Counted from the first letter of the stretch, positions 23,126 through 35,381 are shown. The stretch: DNA of 64,000 nt from Mustelus asterias (GCF_964213995.1 NC_135803.1:41354001-41418000); one strand, 5' to 3'. Notes: a model not told the origin generated them from the sequence alone. Translations and numbers: made by a program.

Positions 23126-24904
23126 CTGTTAGATCTAAACAGTCCACAATTAATGAATAAAATAAAATCATTATCGTCCTACCACACCCAGTTACGAATG
23201 GTGGTGGACCACCTGGGAATTAACAAGAACAGGACATCCTCAGCTATGTCGTAGCCCTGTATGATTTTGAGACTCGGATGACATGATTCCAGGCAGCTTT
23301 AGGCAAGAACAACAAATTGACGATTCCACGTATGCAAACAGCCGAGTATGCAAAAGGCTATGTACTTCGAATTATGGATCGTGTTAAGTAGCATAGTTAC
23401 TGTACGTGTGCTGCAATGTTACTGGATTAATGATGGAAAGGATTGGACTCATGATCTGGAGACATTGGGTTCAAATCTCACCACATTGGGGAATTTAAAT
23501 TTAGTTAATTAAATACACTTGCAATTAAAAATTGATGAAGCATGTCTTACACATCTAGATGGGCACAACTGCAACCAAGCAGCTAAACACCATCCAGGAA
23601 TAATGCAGACCACGTGATCAGCACCCCTGGATGTTATCAGCCACCTCTAAACACAATTGCATATTTTCCAGGATGTATGTTGATTTCATTGGTGTGCATA
23701 GAATGGAACAGCACAGGAGGAGGATTTGGCCCATTGTCATCGTGCCAGTTCTTTGAGTCACCCAATTAGTCTCACTCGTCTACCCTCCTCCATAGCTCTC
23801 ATAACTCTTTTGAAAGTTAATGTTGAACATGCTCCCAACACTTTTTCAGGCAATGTATTCCAAATCATCCTAACTCAGTGTATTTTTCTGTCCTCATTAA
23901 GCACTGATTCTTTTGCCAATTAAATTTGTGTCCTCTTGCTATCCATCCTTCTGCTACCAGAACCAGTTTCTCCTTATTTACTCTATCAAAACCAGTTATT
24001 AAACTATCACTCGCATTGAAGACTACCTACTGCAGGCCATATGTCTGTCAAACAGTTTGGCGTTGGGTTAGAATATTGGGATTCCCAAATCAATACATTG
24101 TGGAGTCACAAGGAACGCAGAGGTCTTCAGCAGTTGAAGACAAGGTCCAGTGGGGATGGGCAATAAATATAGTTTTGATGTGTACAGGATGAAAGGTGAA
24201 GACTTCAGAGGAAGTAAAAAGCGAGCGTGTAGGTTCAAACCAAGGAAGAGCAAACCAAAAAAAAATCCAAGACAATACCTTTGAAGTTGTACCTTAGCTC
24301 TTGAGCCCATTAGGAATGCTTACCATATTCCATTGAGATTCATCTCTCTACTAATTTAAACTGCCAACATATGAAAGACATCCATTTACTACCATTGCAC
24401 TATGTAATTTCACAGCTAATGTAATAGATTAAATGTGAAGGGAATGTAATTGTAAGGAAAAGAACAAAGATAAAAAAATTATGGTGATTAAGAACATCCC
24501 ATTGTGTCAGAACTAATATGTTCTTATCTTTTCTTCCTCATGTATCGAAACCAGTGTTGTCCAATAAGTTAGCCAATAGACACGCGACTAATTCAGAATC
24601 CAGATGTGGATAATTGCATTTCTGATTAGTAAATAAATAACAGATGAGTAAAACACACCATTGTTGGGCATGTGATCTCAATTCTCCGATTCTCACTGGG
24701 TTTGCAGTTGTACTTTAACTGTGCTCTTGTCGGTAAAATGGTAGATAAAAAGTAATGTGTGATTTTTTTCATTATGACTACTGATAGATGTTAAATATAC
24801 ACACAAAGTCCATTAATATTTCCCTTCTTGATTAAATTATCTTAATTTTAGTTTTCCAGTCCTCATGATCTTGTAAAGTCATTTCCAAAGCATTTAAAGA
24901 TGTA

Positions 24905-25001
24905 GGGCAGAATATTCCCGCGGTGGGGGACACACGGACCATGCAAACCCTCAGGTGGGTTTTTCCGGTCTTGCGATGAGTGCAGCTGGAAAATCCCACC
25001 C
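24905..25001. mobile_element. Short MITE 66 nt upstream of PEX5L exon
   Basis: gggcagaatattcc / ggaaaatcccaccc TIRs, gta/gca flanks. Confidence 0.65.
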
Positions 25002-25067
25002 GCAGAGTGAAAAATGCTGTGCCACACCAGTCTTTGGAAAAATCTGCAAATCCATTTTTCCTTCTAG

Positions 25068-25265
25068 ATGTCTGGAACTGCAGTCTTGCAACTTGGTCGC
25101 TCTTATGGCACTGGCAGTAAGTCTCACCAACACGGGTCTACAACAAGAGGCCAGTGAAGCCCTAAAAAACTGGATCAGACATAACCCCAAATACAAGTAC
25201 CTAATAAGGGGGAAAACTGGATCTCCAGCTCTTGGAAGGAAGGAAAGTAAAGAAACGGATGGCAG
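25068..25265 (+). CDS. PEX5L: PEX5L exon CLELQSCNLVALMALAVSLTNTG...LKNWIRHNPKYKYL...ETDG
   Basis: cttctag acceptor, ag|gtaatt donor, 198 nt; TPR3 homology. Confidence 0.97.
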
Positions 25266-25438
25266 GTAATTCCAAACCTGTGTTTTAAGTTACTGGTGAA
25301 AAATTTGTTTGCAAACATAATTACTGCAATTGCCAAAAGAAAGTACATTTGCATACAATCTATTTTAACTGTATGATTGAGTTAATTATATGGAACATTT
25401 TTACTTACTTGATGCCCAATTAACATAAATCTTTTTAG

Positions 25439-25604
25439 TTTATTCCTTGCAGAAGTGAAAGATTTGTTTCTGAAAGCAGCCCACCAGAATTCCGATACAA
25501 TAGACCCAGACCTGCAGACTGGGCTAGGTGTACTTTTTAACCTCAGTGGCGAATACAATAAAGCTGTTGATGCATTCAATGCCGCACTGACAATTAGACC
25601 ACAG
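25439..25604 (+). CDS. PEX5L: PEX5L exon [55 protein letters not shown]
   Basis: ctttttag acceptor, cag|gtaaaa donor, 166 nt, after a 173-nt intron; [12 protein letters not shown] motif. Confidence 0.97.
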
Positions 25605-25754
25605 GTAAAATCTCACTCTTTTGAATGATTGCATATTTTTACTATGATGATTCCAATATGATTTCAGTTTCAACTAGGATTTTTCACTTTCGCAAAACTA
25701 AATTGGAAAGAGACTTTAAAAATGAAATTGGTTATATTCTGACGGCTAGAATGG

Positions 25755-26061
25755 ATGGCACGGTGGTACAATGGTTAGCACTGCTGCCTCACAGCACCAG
25801 GGACCCGGGTTCAATTCCCGACATGGGTCACTGTTGGTGTGGTATCTGCGCATTCTCCCCGTGTCTGCGTGGGTTTCCTCCAGGTACTCCAGTTTCCTCC
25901 CACAGAGTGAAAGACGTGCTGGTTAAGTGCATTGGCCATGGTAAATTCTCCCTCAGTGTACCCGAACAGGTGCCAGAGTGTTGTGACTATTGTATTTTCA
26001 AAGTAGCTTCATTGCAATGTTAATGTAAGCCTCCTTGTGACACTAATAAATAAACTTAAAC
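25755..26061 (+). mobile_element. V-SINE, alternative tail
   Basis: Same head and tail as 9613 copy. Confidence 0.85.
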
Positions 26062-26717
26062 TATGAGTGGGAGTAATATAATTTAGATTCTGTTTGTTTG
26101 AAATGCTTCTACTTTCCTTTCCGTTTCCTCCCTCAAACCCGTTTGGCTCTCACTCCGCCACTGGCTCACTTTCCCTCACTGCTTCCCCTTGCACCTTCCC
26201 AATTCCCCACCATGGCCCCTCACTCCTTCCTGCTCAAGCAGTATGGATGGTGGGGAGTAGGAGGGAGGAGTGTAGGTACGGTGAGGATCCACAGAACGGG
26301 GTGGAAGTGGCCAGAGTTATGGGGGAAATCAGTGAAGGAAGCTCGGGGGTGGGGGGCGGTGATTGGTAGAACAGGAGGGAACCTGAACAATATTGTATTT
26401 TCATATTTGTCTTTATTCTATCTTCATCACCTTTAACAAATGCAGTTTCACACACACTGCATCTGCATCTGCACATGCACAAGAAGTGCTCCCCCTTGTG
26501 TTGCAACACAAATAAACACATTCTCCTATGTTTGAGTTGCTGGAAAGCCACAAAACCAGCATCTACTAGGATAGAATTCCTGAACAAAAATTGTCACAAT
26601 CAGGTTTCTATATGCACAATTATTTCGCAGCAGTCATCACGTTTGAAGTTATTGAGTTAAAAACTATATATTTTAAAAATAGCCAACAACTACAGATAAA
26701 ACACACAAAGAATATTT

Positions 26718-27042
26718 GGGCAGCACGGTAGCACAGTGGTTAGCACTGCTGCTTCACAGCTCCAGGGACCTGGGTTTGATTCCTGGCTTGGGTCACTGTC
26801 TGTGTGGAGTTTGCACATTCTCCTCGTGTCTGCGTGGGTTTCCTCCGGGTGCTCCGGTTTCCTCCCACAGTCCAAAGATGTGGGGGTTAGGTTGATTGGC
26901 CATGCTAAAATTGCCCCTTAGTGTCCTGAGATGCGTAGATTAGAGGGTGGGATATGAGGGTAGGGCCTGGGTGGGATTGTGGTCGGTGCAGACTCGATGG
27001 GCCGAATGGCCTCTTTCTGTACTGTAGGGTTTCTATGATTCT
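26718..27042 (+). mobile_element. Young HE1 V-SINE
   Basis: Near-consensus gggcagcacggtagcacagtgg head, V-domain, ttctatgattct tail. Confidence 0.93.
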
Positions 27043-27140
27043 AATATGGTATTAAATCATTAAATAGGCAGATGTGAATCTTGCCATTTGGAATGTTGTT
27101 GACAATAGCTTTAAAATACACATACATATATATTTCCAAG

Positions 27141-27298
27141 GATTACTTATTGTGGAATCGACTTGGAGCTACCTTGGCAAATGGAGATCGGAGCGAGGAA
27201 GCTGTTGAGGCTTACCAAAGGGCTTTGGAAATTCAGCCTGGTTTCATCCGATCAAGGTACAACCTGGGAATCAGTTGCATCAACCTGGGAGCTTACAG
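27141..27298 (+). CDS. PEX5L: PEX5L exon [53 protein letters not shown]
   Basis: ttccaag acceptor, ag|gtaggt donor, 158 nt; near-identical to human TPR exon. Confidence 0.98.
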
Positions 27299-27560
27299 GT
27301 AGGTGCTAAATTCAGTTTTCCTTGAAATTTAACTTTGTGATTTGACTGCCTGTTTATTGAAGAGAGGCATTGGGTCCTGGGGATTTCAGCAATCGTTTCC
27401 CTCCATTTTAGACATTTATTGCCGGATCAATTATTCCAAAATGAGACCCAGCATTGCTGCTTTTTAAAACAATGGGATAAGGATTCTGCTGCGTTCAGAA
27501 AAACACAATGTAGTAGAAAGATTTCCTCTGATTGCTCTTTATAGGGAATTGGAAAATCTG

Positions 27561-28540
27561 AGGCATGATTTTCCCCCCCAAAAAACTAAGTGCTCAATGA
27601 GCGGGAATACGGGTGTTTTTCCCACCCGTATTTTTGAGCAAGCTTAGTTGAAGGAATTTCCAGGATTCAGTGAATCACAGAGGCCGTCAAGGGATTTACA
27701 CAGGTGGGGGTGGGAGATCGGGTGACAAGAGCCTCCCCCTCACATTTCGCCCTTTTCCCCTCTCCCCACCCTCCCCCTCCCACCCTCCTACCTCCCTCTT
27801 CCCCCCTCATTCCCTTCCTTTCCCCTGCCCCCTTTCCCACCATCTCCCCACCACCTTTCCCACCCTCTCCCCTCCCCCTTCCCCACCCTCTCCCCTCTCC
27901 CCCACTCTCTCCCCCTTCCCCCCTCGATGGCCTCCCAAACACCAGCCCCAACACCCCCACCCACCCCCCCACTTCCTGATGGCTGGACCCAGCCTCCGAT
28001 TCACGACCCCACCACCAGCACCCACGCCCTATGCAGAATTCCCCCCATTCCCTCCCCTCCTTTCACCCCCAAACCTCAGTCTAGCTCTGCCCCATCCCCT
28101 GAGGTTCTGCCCCCTCAGCACTGCCCAATGTATGCTGGGCAATGTCAGTATACCAGGCTGGCAGTGCCAGGCTAGCACTGCCCAAGGAGCACACCCCCTC
28201 CGCCCCGGACCTCCCCTGGGGGCTCAATGGCCGCTGGTGCCACCAGCAAGGCCATCAAGCCTGGTCCCCGTTGATGAGGACCATATATGATCCCTGCTGG
28301 TGTGGACCTCCACCGGTGGAGGTGTAAGCTTTAGCAAGCCCATACGATTGAGTCCTGAGCTTGCTAAATAGATTGAAATCACCATTTGATCACCAGCCTC
28401 GCGCTGTTGCCTGGTGCAAGGCTGTTCATGTCCAAGAAAGTGGACTGGGAAGATCGCGACCAACCAGACGCCAGTTGTGAATCTTTTTTTTCCCTCCCGC
28501 TGACATTTTCCAGTTACAGCAGGCCGGGAAAATCCCGCCC
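27561..28540. mobile_element. GC-rich non-autonomous TIR element, PIF/Harbinger-like
   Basis: TIR aggcatgattttccc / gggaaaatcccgccc, CTG TSD on both sides; internal C-rich tract. Confidence 0.75.
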
Positions 28541-28772
28541 CTGTTCTCTTAGAATGCTTCTATGATTTCATGAGGAGACGTAGCAAAGAAAGAAAATGTT
28601 CCCACTGTGGTTGCAATATTGCTAACAGCATGGTGGCAGCAAGAAATCTGAAATATCTCGGTCTGTCTTGCAATATAACTAATGAAAGTAGAATGTGATT
28701 CTTGAAATTTGATTCATTCTCCTAATTATGTGATTGAAGGATATTTGTGTCCACACAATTAAAATAAGAATT

Positions 28773-29150
28773 CGCATTTGCATTGTGCCATTCATAGCCT
28801 CAATATGGCTCAAAGTGCATTAGGATCAATTAAGTACTTTTTGAGGTATAGTTATTGCATCGTAGGAAAATGTAGGAACCGTTTTGTGCACAGCATGGAC
28901 CTACAAACAGTAAAGAACTAATGGCCAGATTGTCTATTTCGAGATGTTTGTTATGGACCAGAAGATCAGAGTGAATCTTTTATTTAGCTTTTATATCCAC
29001 CCAAGAAGGCACAAATGGCCTTGATTTCATGTCTCTTCTGTAAAATGGCCACTCTCTCTGTGTTACAGTGATATGCCGGCCTGGGTAATGTGTATAAATC
29101 TCCAGGGTGGGGCTTGAGCCTCAGAATTTGATTCCAGCACCCAGACAAGG
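28773..29150 (-). mobile_element. Ancient DeuSINE (SacSINE1/AmnSINE1-like)
   Basis: Reverse complement resembles the Deu domain and the tail tgctgtgcacaaa...aaaagtacttaattg...gcactttg. Confidence 0.6.
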
Positions 29151-29210
29151 ATGAACCCTAATGGTGAGCTAAATGACTAGAACTACAAAGAGACAAAAAA
29201 TCCTACTGAT

Positions 29211-29520
29211 CATGGTGGCACAGTGGTTAGCACTGCTGCCTCACAGTGCCTGGGACCCGGATACAATTCAGGTCTCGGGTGACTGTGTGGAGTTTGCACA
29301 TTCTCCCTGTGTCTGTGTGAGTTTCCTCCGGGTACTCAGGTTTCCTCCCACAGTCTAAAGAGTGTGGGTTGGGTTGATTGGCCATGATAAATTGTCCCTT
29401 AGTGCTGGGGGACTAGCAGAGTAAATATGTGGAGTTATGGGAATAGAGCCTGGGTGGGATTGTGGTTGGTGCAGACTTGATGGGCCAAATGGCCTCCTTC
29501 TGCACTGTAAGGATTCTGTG
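29211..29520 (+). mobile_element. HE1 V-SINE
   Basis: tRNA head, V-domain, CR1 tail. Confidence 0.88.
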
Positions 29521-30330
29521 AAATCCTGGAGCAGAAATGTACTACCATATTACCTAACCTAATCATCACCTAAACATTCCCTTTGTTGAAATCATTTTAG
29601 CAATTGGATAAATGCCTGAAGAACAAAAGTAACTTGCAGGCTATGGAGGAGAGGTGGGAGTGGGATTTGGGAATAGCTGAGTTCTTCTTGCAGTTAGCTG
29701 GCTTGGACATGACAGAGCTGGAACCATTCCATGAAAGTACAAATATTGTACTGGCAGACCATATACCAGCATACAGTCAATAATTACAGAAACAGCAGAT
29801 TTGCATTAATGAAAGAAGATTTTGGTCAGAGACCAAAGCAGAGGGCTCAGGCTCAAGGTGGGGTCGGGGAGAAATGGGAGTCAGGGGGTGGCAAATGGAA
29901 ATCCAAAATCCAGGATTGATCTAGACCACAGCCTATTGACCACTCATCTATCACAACGTCATACACTGGGTCCTCTTGAGGCCCAACTGACAGACAACAA
30001 TACCTTATTACAGTGTTACCGAAGCCCACACTTTCTCAAAACCAGGTGGCCGTCCTTCCCAGATGCTCCAGTGCAGAACTGCCATACCCAACAATACCCC
30101 TCAAAACCACCAAAAGCCTACATGCTCCACATATGCCACTAAACACCACAATTTTCCTGTCCCAAATGTTTACTTGCTACATGTTACCTACTGTTTGCAT
30201 GGATAACCCAGACTGTGCTAAAGGTAAGAGATAAACATTCAATAGTTGAGGTTACTAATTTATGGATTTCACATATCAATTTGAGTTGTGGAACTCAGTC
30301 CTCAAAACAGTGATATCATGTGAATGAAAA

Positions 30331-30633
30331 CATGGCGGCACAGTGGTTAGCACTGCTGCCGCACAGCACCAAGGACCCGGGCTCGATTCCTGGCTTGGAT
30401 GACTGTCTAAGTGGAGTCTGTACAATCTCCTCATGTCTGCGTGGGTTTCCTCCAGGTGCGCCGGTTTCCTCCCATAGTCTGAAAGATGTGCTGGTTAGGT
30501 GCATTGGCCACGCTAAATTCTCCCTCAGTATACCGAACAGGCGCTGGGGTGTGGCGACTAGGAAACTTTCACAGTCACTTCATTGCAGCGTTAGTGTAAA
30601 CCTAATTGTGACACTAATAAATAAAACTTTAAA
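30331..30633 (+). mobile_element. V-SINE, alternative tail
   Basis: Same architecture as 9613 and 25755 copies. Confidence 0.87.
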
Positions 30634-31599
30634 CATTAAAAAGAATTTGACTCAAGTCACTGAAAAATAATTCCCCTGACACTACTTTGTGTATCAACCA
30701 GCAGTGACATCCCATTGAAATAAGACAGCACATCCTGTAACTCTTCTAGAGCAATACAGTGAAAGATCTGTCAGTCACATAATAAAAATAGTACATGCAG
30801 TGCGTGTCTCCTAGCTATCAGATTTATTCACACTGTGCCAAAGAAAAATATAAAGGAACAATCTAAGAATGCGCTGTGGATTCTTGATTGATGTTTCAAC
30901 GAATGTGAAGTAGTAACTTCACAGGAATTACATTTTGTAGCCTGAAAGGAACACAAATTTACACTTAGTGGAGTGTTATAATTTATATGATATTGTGTTC
31001 TTTTCTAAATATAGAGCAAGGATTTTTTTAGGGATTACCATTTTATGAAGAAACATTGAGAACGTGGGGCTTTTTCGCAAAAGCCAAATCAAGGGGGGAG
31101 CCTGTTAAAGATCTTCAAAGATTGCGAAGGATTATAATTTGGTAAATAGATTCTTTCCAGCAGTCAGTAAAACAGACACAGTTGGGCACCGATTTAAGAT
31201 GGTCACAAAACGAAGTAAAGAGAAAATTAGAACAAAATCCCTTTACATGCATGATTGAAATGTAGAGTTGTTTGTCACAGACAATTGCTGAAATAGCAAT
31301 TCCTTTGTAATTCCTTTAAAAATAAATAGTGCCTGGGGGAAGACAAAAATTTTAAAAGGCAGGAGGCAAGCAAAAGAATGGGATTCCTGAGGAGATAAAT
31401 ACTGGCGCCAACATCTTGGGCCAAATAGTTTCTTTGCTGTACTATTCTGTTTCTAATATGAAGATCTTGCACATATATATTCATTAAAAAGTGCTAGAAG
31501 TTAGCTAATGTTCTTCCCATGTTTAAGGAAAGAGATAGAACAAGTCCGAGGAATTATAGACCACTTTGTCTTTCTTACGGCCAATACTGAGGCAATGTA

Positions 31600-31807
31600 G
31601 GCCGGGATTCTCCGGCTGTTCATGCCGGCAGGATTCTCTGGTCCCGCCGGCAGCGCACCCCTGCCTGTGGGTTTCTTGCCGGCGTGGGATGACAACAATG
31701 GGAATTCCAACCAGAGAATGACAACCAGAGAATCCCACCGCCAGCAAACACCGTTCCACCTTCCACCAGCAGGAGGCACGCGGCTAGGAGGCTGGACAAT
31801 CTCACCC
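31600..31807. mobile_element. MITE, PIF/Harbinger-like
   Basis: ggccgggattctcc / ggacaatctcaccc TIRs. Confidence 0.65.
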
Positions 31808-31963
31808 ATAATCTTTATTCAAAGTTCTAACAGAAAAACATATGCCATTAAATTCGATTCCATGTTACTCATTTTGTTTACTTGTTTAAAGGGCCATTTT
31901 GCCTCCAAAATGGGGCCCACAGCGTACAGGCACCTTCAGATTTTAGCCATGCCAGGACACTAA

Positions 31964-33150
31964 TGGGCAATTGATCATGGCCAATCCACCTAACCTGCAC
32001 ATCTTTGGACTTTTGGAGGAGACCAGAGCACCTGGAAGAAATTCATGCAGACACGGGCAGAACGTGCAGACTCCACACAGACAGTGACCCAAAGCTGGAA
32101 TCAAACCCAGGTCTTTGGCGCTATGAGGCAGCAGTACTAAGGAGGGGTTAGGGGAGAGGGACCATGCAAAGGTTCGTTGACCTTGGGCAGGATGTTCTGG
32201 TGTTGGGGTGAGTGCAGCTGGAAAATCCCGCCCTGAGAGCGGAAATTTACGAGAATGATTTTAAGTGTACAGCTGCAAGAAAATAGGAGAATTCTTGATC
32301 CGTTTTCTGGGCCAGTTCTCACGTCCAAACTTACGGACTTGGACAGTAAAAATATGGGCTAGTCCATTTCCAGCTGCTGCAGGCAGTGGGTTGGGCTTAA
32401 TTCACCAGCTAGCCTGCAGAGGGAACTATAGCTCATGGTGCAGACCTCTGATTCTGCACATGCACAATTCCAACAGCAGGGATCTGACAGACAGAGAGTT
32501 GTCAGGCACCTGCTGCTGCAGGCAGCCTCACAAACTCCTCTCCCACCCTGCAATTGCGGGGGCCAGCAGCCAATCGTGAGCCCCACATCACACAGACATC
32601 TAGCCCCCCGCCACCCAACCGATTGCGACCCCCATCCGATCGCGATGCAGAGTGCACAGCAGGCCCTCCCTCTGCGACCGGGCCATCCTTTCAGGCATCG
32701 CACCCTCCCATAGGCCCTGCCATCCCCCCACCCCCCATCCCCATAGGCCGGTGGGCATTACCAAGGTGCCAGACTGACACTGCCAAGCTGGCACTGTCTA
32801 AGGGGCACCCCCCCCCCTTGCTCTCTGCCTCCCCGGAGTCCTCAATGACCTCCAGCTCCACCAGCAAGGCCAACACGACTGTTCTCCATTCATGGGGAGC
32901 AGGTGTTTTCCTCGCCTGAGAGAACCTTTCCCAGCGAGGCCATAAAGGCAAGTGAGCCCGGACGATTGAGCGCCGGGCTCACTAATAAAGATTTAAATGT
33001 ATTTAAATCAGTCATTCAGCCTCTCGCTCATTTCCAGCAGAGGCTGACCTCACCGGAAATCCGGCTGTCATAAAAGCGCATGGGCTGAGAAATTGGGTGT
33101 GACCCGGATTTCTCGGCTCTCGCGCGATCGATGCAAGAGAAAGTAAGTAT
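31964..33150. mobile_element. HE1 fragment (-, 31964-32136), MITE remnant and GC-rich TIR-element body
   Basis: V-domain; ggaaaatcccgccc end; body similar to the 43303 element. Confidence 0.65.
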
Positions 33151-33267
33151 TTTCACAGCATTGTTTGTCAACCAGGGGAGCAGCAGTGATCTGATCAAGA
33201 AAAAGAATCAAACTCATTATCCCTAGAGGGATAGAAAAGAAAAGGAAGGAGGTTGTACCAAGCTTAT

Positions 33268-35021
33268 ATAAGAACATAAGAAATAGGAGCAGGAGTAGGC
33301 CATCTAGCCCCTCGAGCCTGCCCCGCCATTCAATAAGATCATGGCTGATCTGAAGTGGATCAGTTCCACTTACCCGCCTGATCCCTATAACCCCTAATTC
33401 CCTTACCGATCAGGAATCCATCTATCTGTGATTTAAACATATTCAACGAGGTAGCCTCCACCACTTCAGTGGGCAGAGAATTCCAGAGATTCACCACCCT
33501 CTGAGAGAAGAAGTTCTTCCTCAACTCTGTCCTAAACTGACCCCCCTTTATTTTGAGGCTGTGCCCTCTAGTTCTAGTTTCCTTTCTAAGTGGAAAGAAT
33601 CTCTCCACCTCTACCCTATCCAGCCCCTTCATTATCTTATAGGTCTCTATAAGATCCCCCCTCAGCCTTCTAAATTCCAACGAGTACAAACCCAATCTGC
33701 TCAGTCTCTCCTCATAATCAACACCCCTCATCTCTGGTATCAACCTGGTGAACCTTCTCTGCACTTCCTCCAAGGCCAATATATCCTTCCGCAAATAAGG
33801 GGACCAATACTGCACACAGTATTCCCGCTGCGGCCTCACCAATGCCCTATACAGATGCAGCAAGACATCTCTGCTTTTATATTCTATCCCCGTTGCGATA
33901 TAGGCCAACATCCCATTTGCCTTCTTGATCACCTGTTGCACCTGCAGACTGGGTTTTTGCGTCTCATGCACAAGGACCCCCAGGTCCCTCTGCACAGCAG
34001 CATGTTGTAATTTTTTTCCATTTAGATAATAATCCAATTTGCGATTATTTCTTCCAAAGTGAATAACCTCGCATTTGTTAACGTTATACTCCATCTGCCA
34101 GATCATAGAATCATAGAAACCCTACAGTGCAGAAGGAGGCCATTCGGCCCATCGAGTCTGCACCGACCACAATCCCACCCAGGCCCTACCCCCACATAAT
34201 TTACCCGCTAATCCCTCTAACCTACACATCCCAGGACTCTAAGGGGCAATTTTTTTAACCTGGCCAATCAACCTAACCCGCACATCTTTGGACTGTGGGA
34301 GGAAACCGGAGCACCCAGAGGAAACCCACGCAGACACGAGGAAAATGTGCAAACTCCACACAGACAGTGACCCAAGCCGGGAATCGAACCCGGGACCCTG
34401 GAGCTGTGAAGCAGCAGTGCTAACCACTGTGCTACCGTGCCCACTCACTCAGCCTGTCCAAATCTCTCTGCAGACCTTCTACGCCCTCCACACGATTCAC
34501 TTTTCCACTTATCTTTGTGTCGTCTGCAAACTTTGTTACCCTACACTCAGTCCCCTCCTCCAGATCGTCTATATAAATGGTAAATAGTTGAGGCCCCAGT
34601 ACCGATCCCTGCGGCACGCCACTAGTTACCATCTGCCAACCAGAAAAGCACCCATTTATTCCGACTCTCTGCTTCCTGTTGGATAGCCAATCTCCAATCC
34701 ACGCTAACACCCTACCCCCAACTCCATGTGACCCAATCTTCTTCAGCAACCTTTGGTGAGGCACCTTATCAAACGCCTTTTGGAAATCCAAAAACACCGC
34801 ATCCACCAGTTCCCCTCCGTCAACCGCACTAGTCATATCTTCATAAAAATCCAATTCGTCAAGCACAACTTTCCCCTCATGAATCCATGCTGCGTCTGCT
34901 TAATCGAACCATTCTTATCCAGATGGCCTGCTATTTCTTCTTTAATGATGGATTCCAGCATTTTCCCAACTACAGACGTTAAGCTCACCGGTCTGTAGTT
35001 ACCCGCCTTTTGTCTATTTCC
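33268..35021 (-). mobile_element. Young CR1 LINE interrupted by a HE1 SINE
   Basis: ORFs 33360-34106, 34432-34866 and 34833-35033 nearly identical to the 20075 copy. Confidence 0.97.
34105..34440 (-). mobile_element. Young HE1 V-SINE nested in CR1
   Basis: Near-identical to 26718 copy; splits CR1 at EWAR|IWQME. Confidence 0.95.
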
Positions 35022-35033
35022 TAGACCACACAA

Positions 35034-35381
35034 GGGGAGGTGATGGCCGAGTGGTACTATCGCTAGATAATTAATCCAGGAACTCAGCTAATGTTCTGCG
35101 GACCCAGGTTCAAATCCCGCCACGGCAGATGGTGGAATTTGAATTCAATAAAAAATATCTGGCATTACTGATGACCATGAAACCGTTGTCAATTGTCGAA
35201 AAAACCCATCTGGTTTACTAATATCCTTGAGGGAAGGAAATCTGTCATCTGTACCTGGTGTGGCCTACATGTGACTCCAGAGCCACAGCAATGTGGTTGA
35301 CTCTCAACTGCCCTCGGACAGCTAGGGATGGGCAATAAATGCTGGCCAGCCAACGACACCCATGTCTCACGAATGAAAAAA
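35034..35381 (+). mobile_element. tRNA-derived SINE sharing its tail with the old LINE family at 1-300; partial copy at ~55972-56145
   Basis: tggccgagtgg A-box, ggttcaaatcc B-box, tail agggatgggcaataaatgctggcc...gaatgaaaaa. Confidence 0.8.

Noticed and set aside
23270-23282. 13-mer agactcggatgac identical to the acceptor/start of exon 10973
   Set aside because: No similarity beyond the 13-mer; consistent with chance.
26718-26795. tRNA genes (also at 15706 and 35034)
   Set aside because: tRNA-derived SINE heads continuing into SINE bodies; no complete cloverleaf.
27667-28290. 206-aa Pro-rich ORF and Gly-rich antisense ORFs
   Set aside because: Low-complexity C-rich interior of a TIR element; no splice or homology support.
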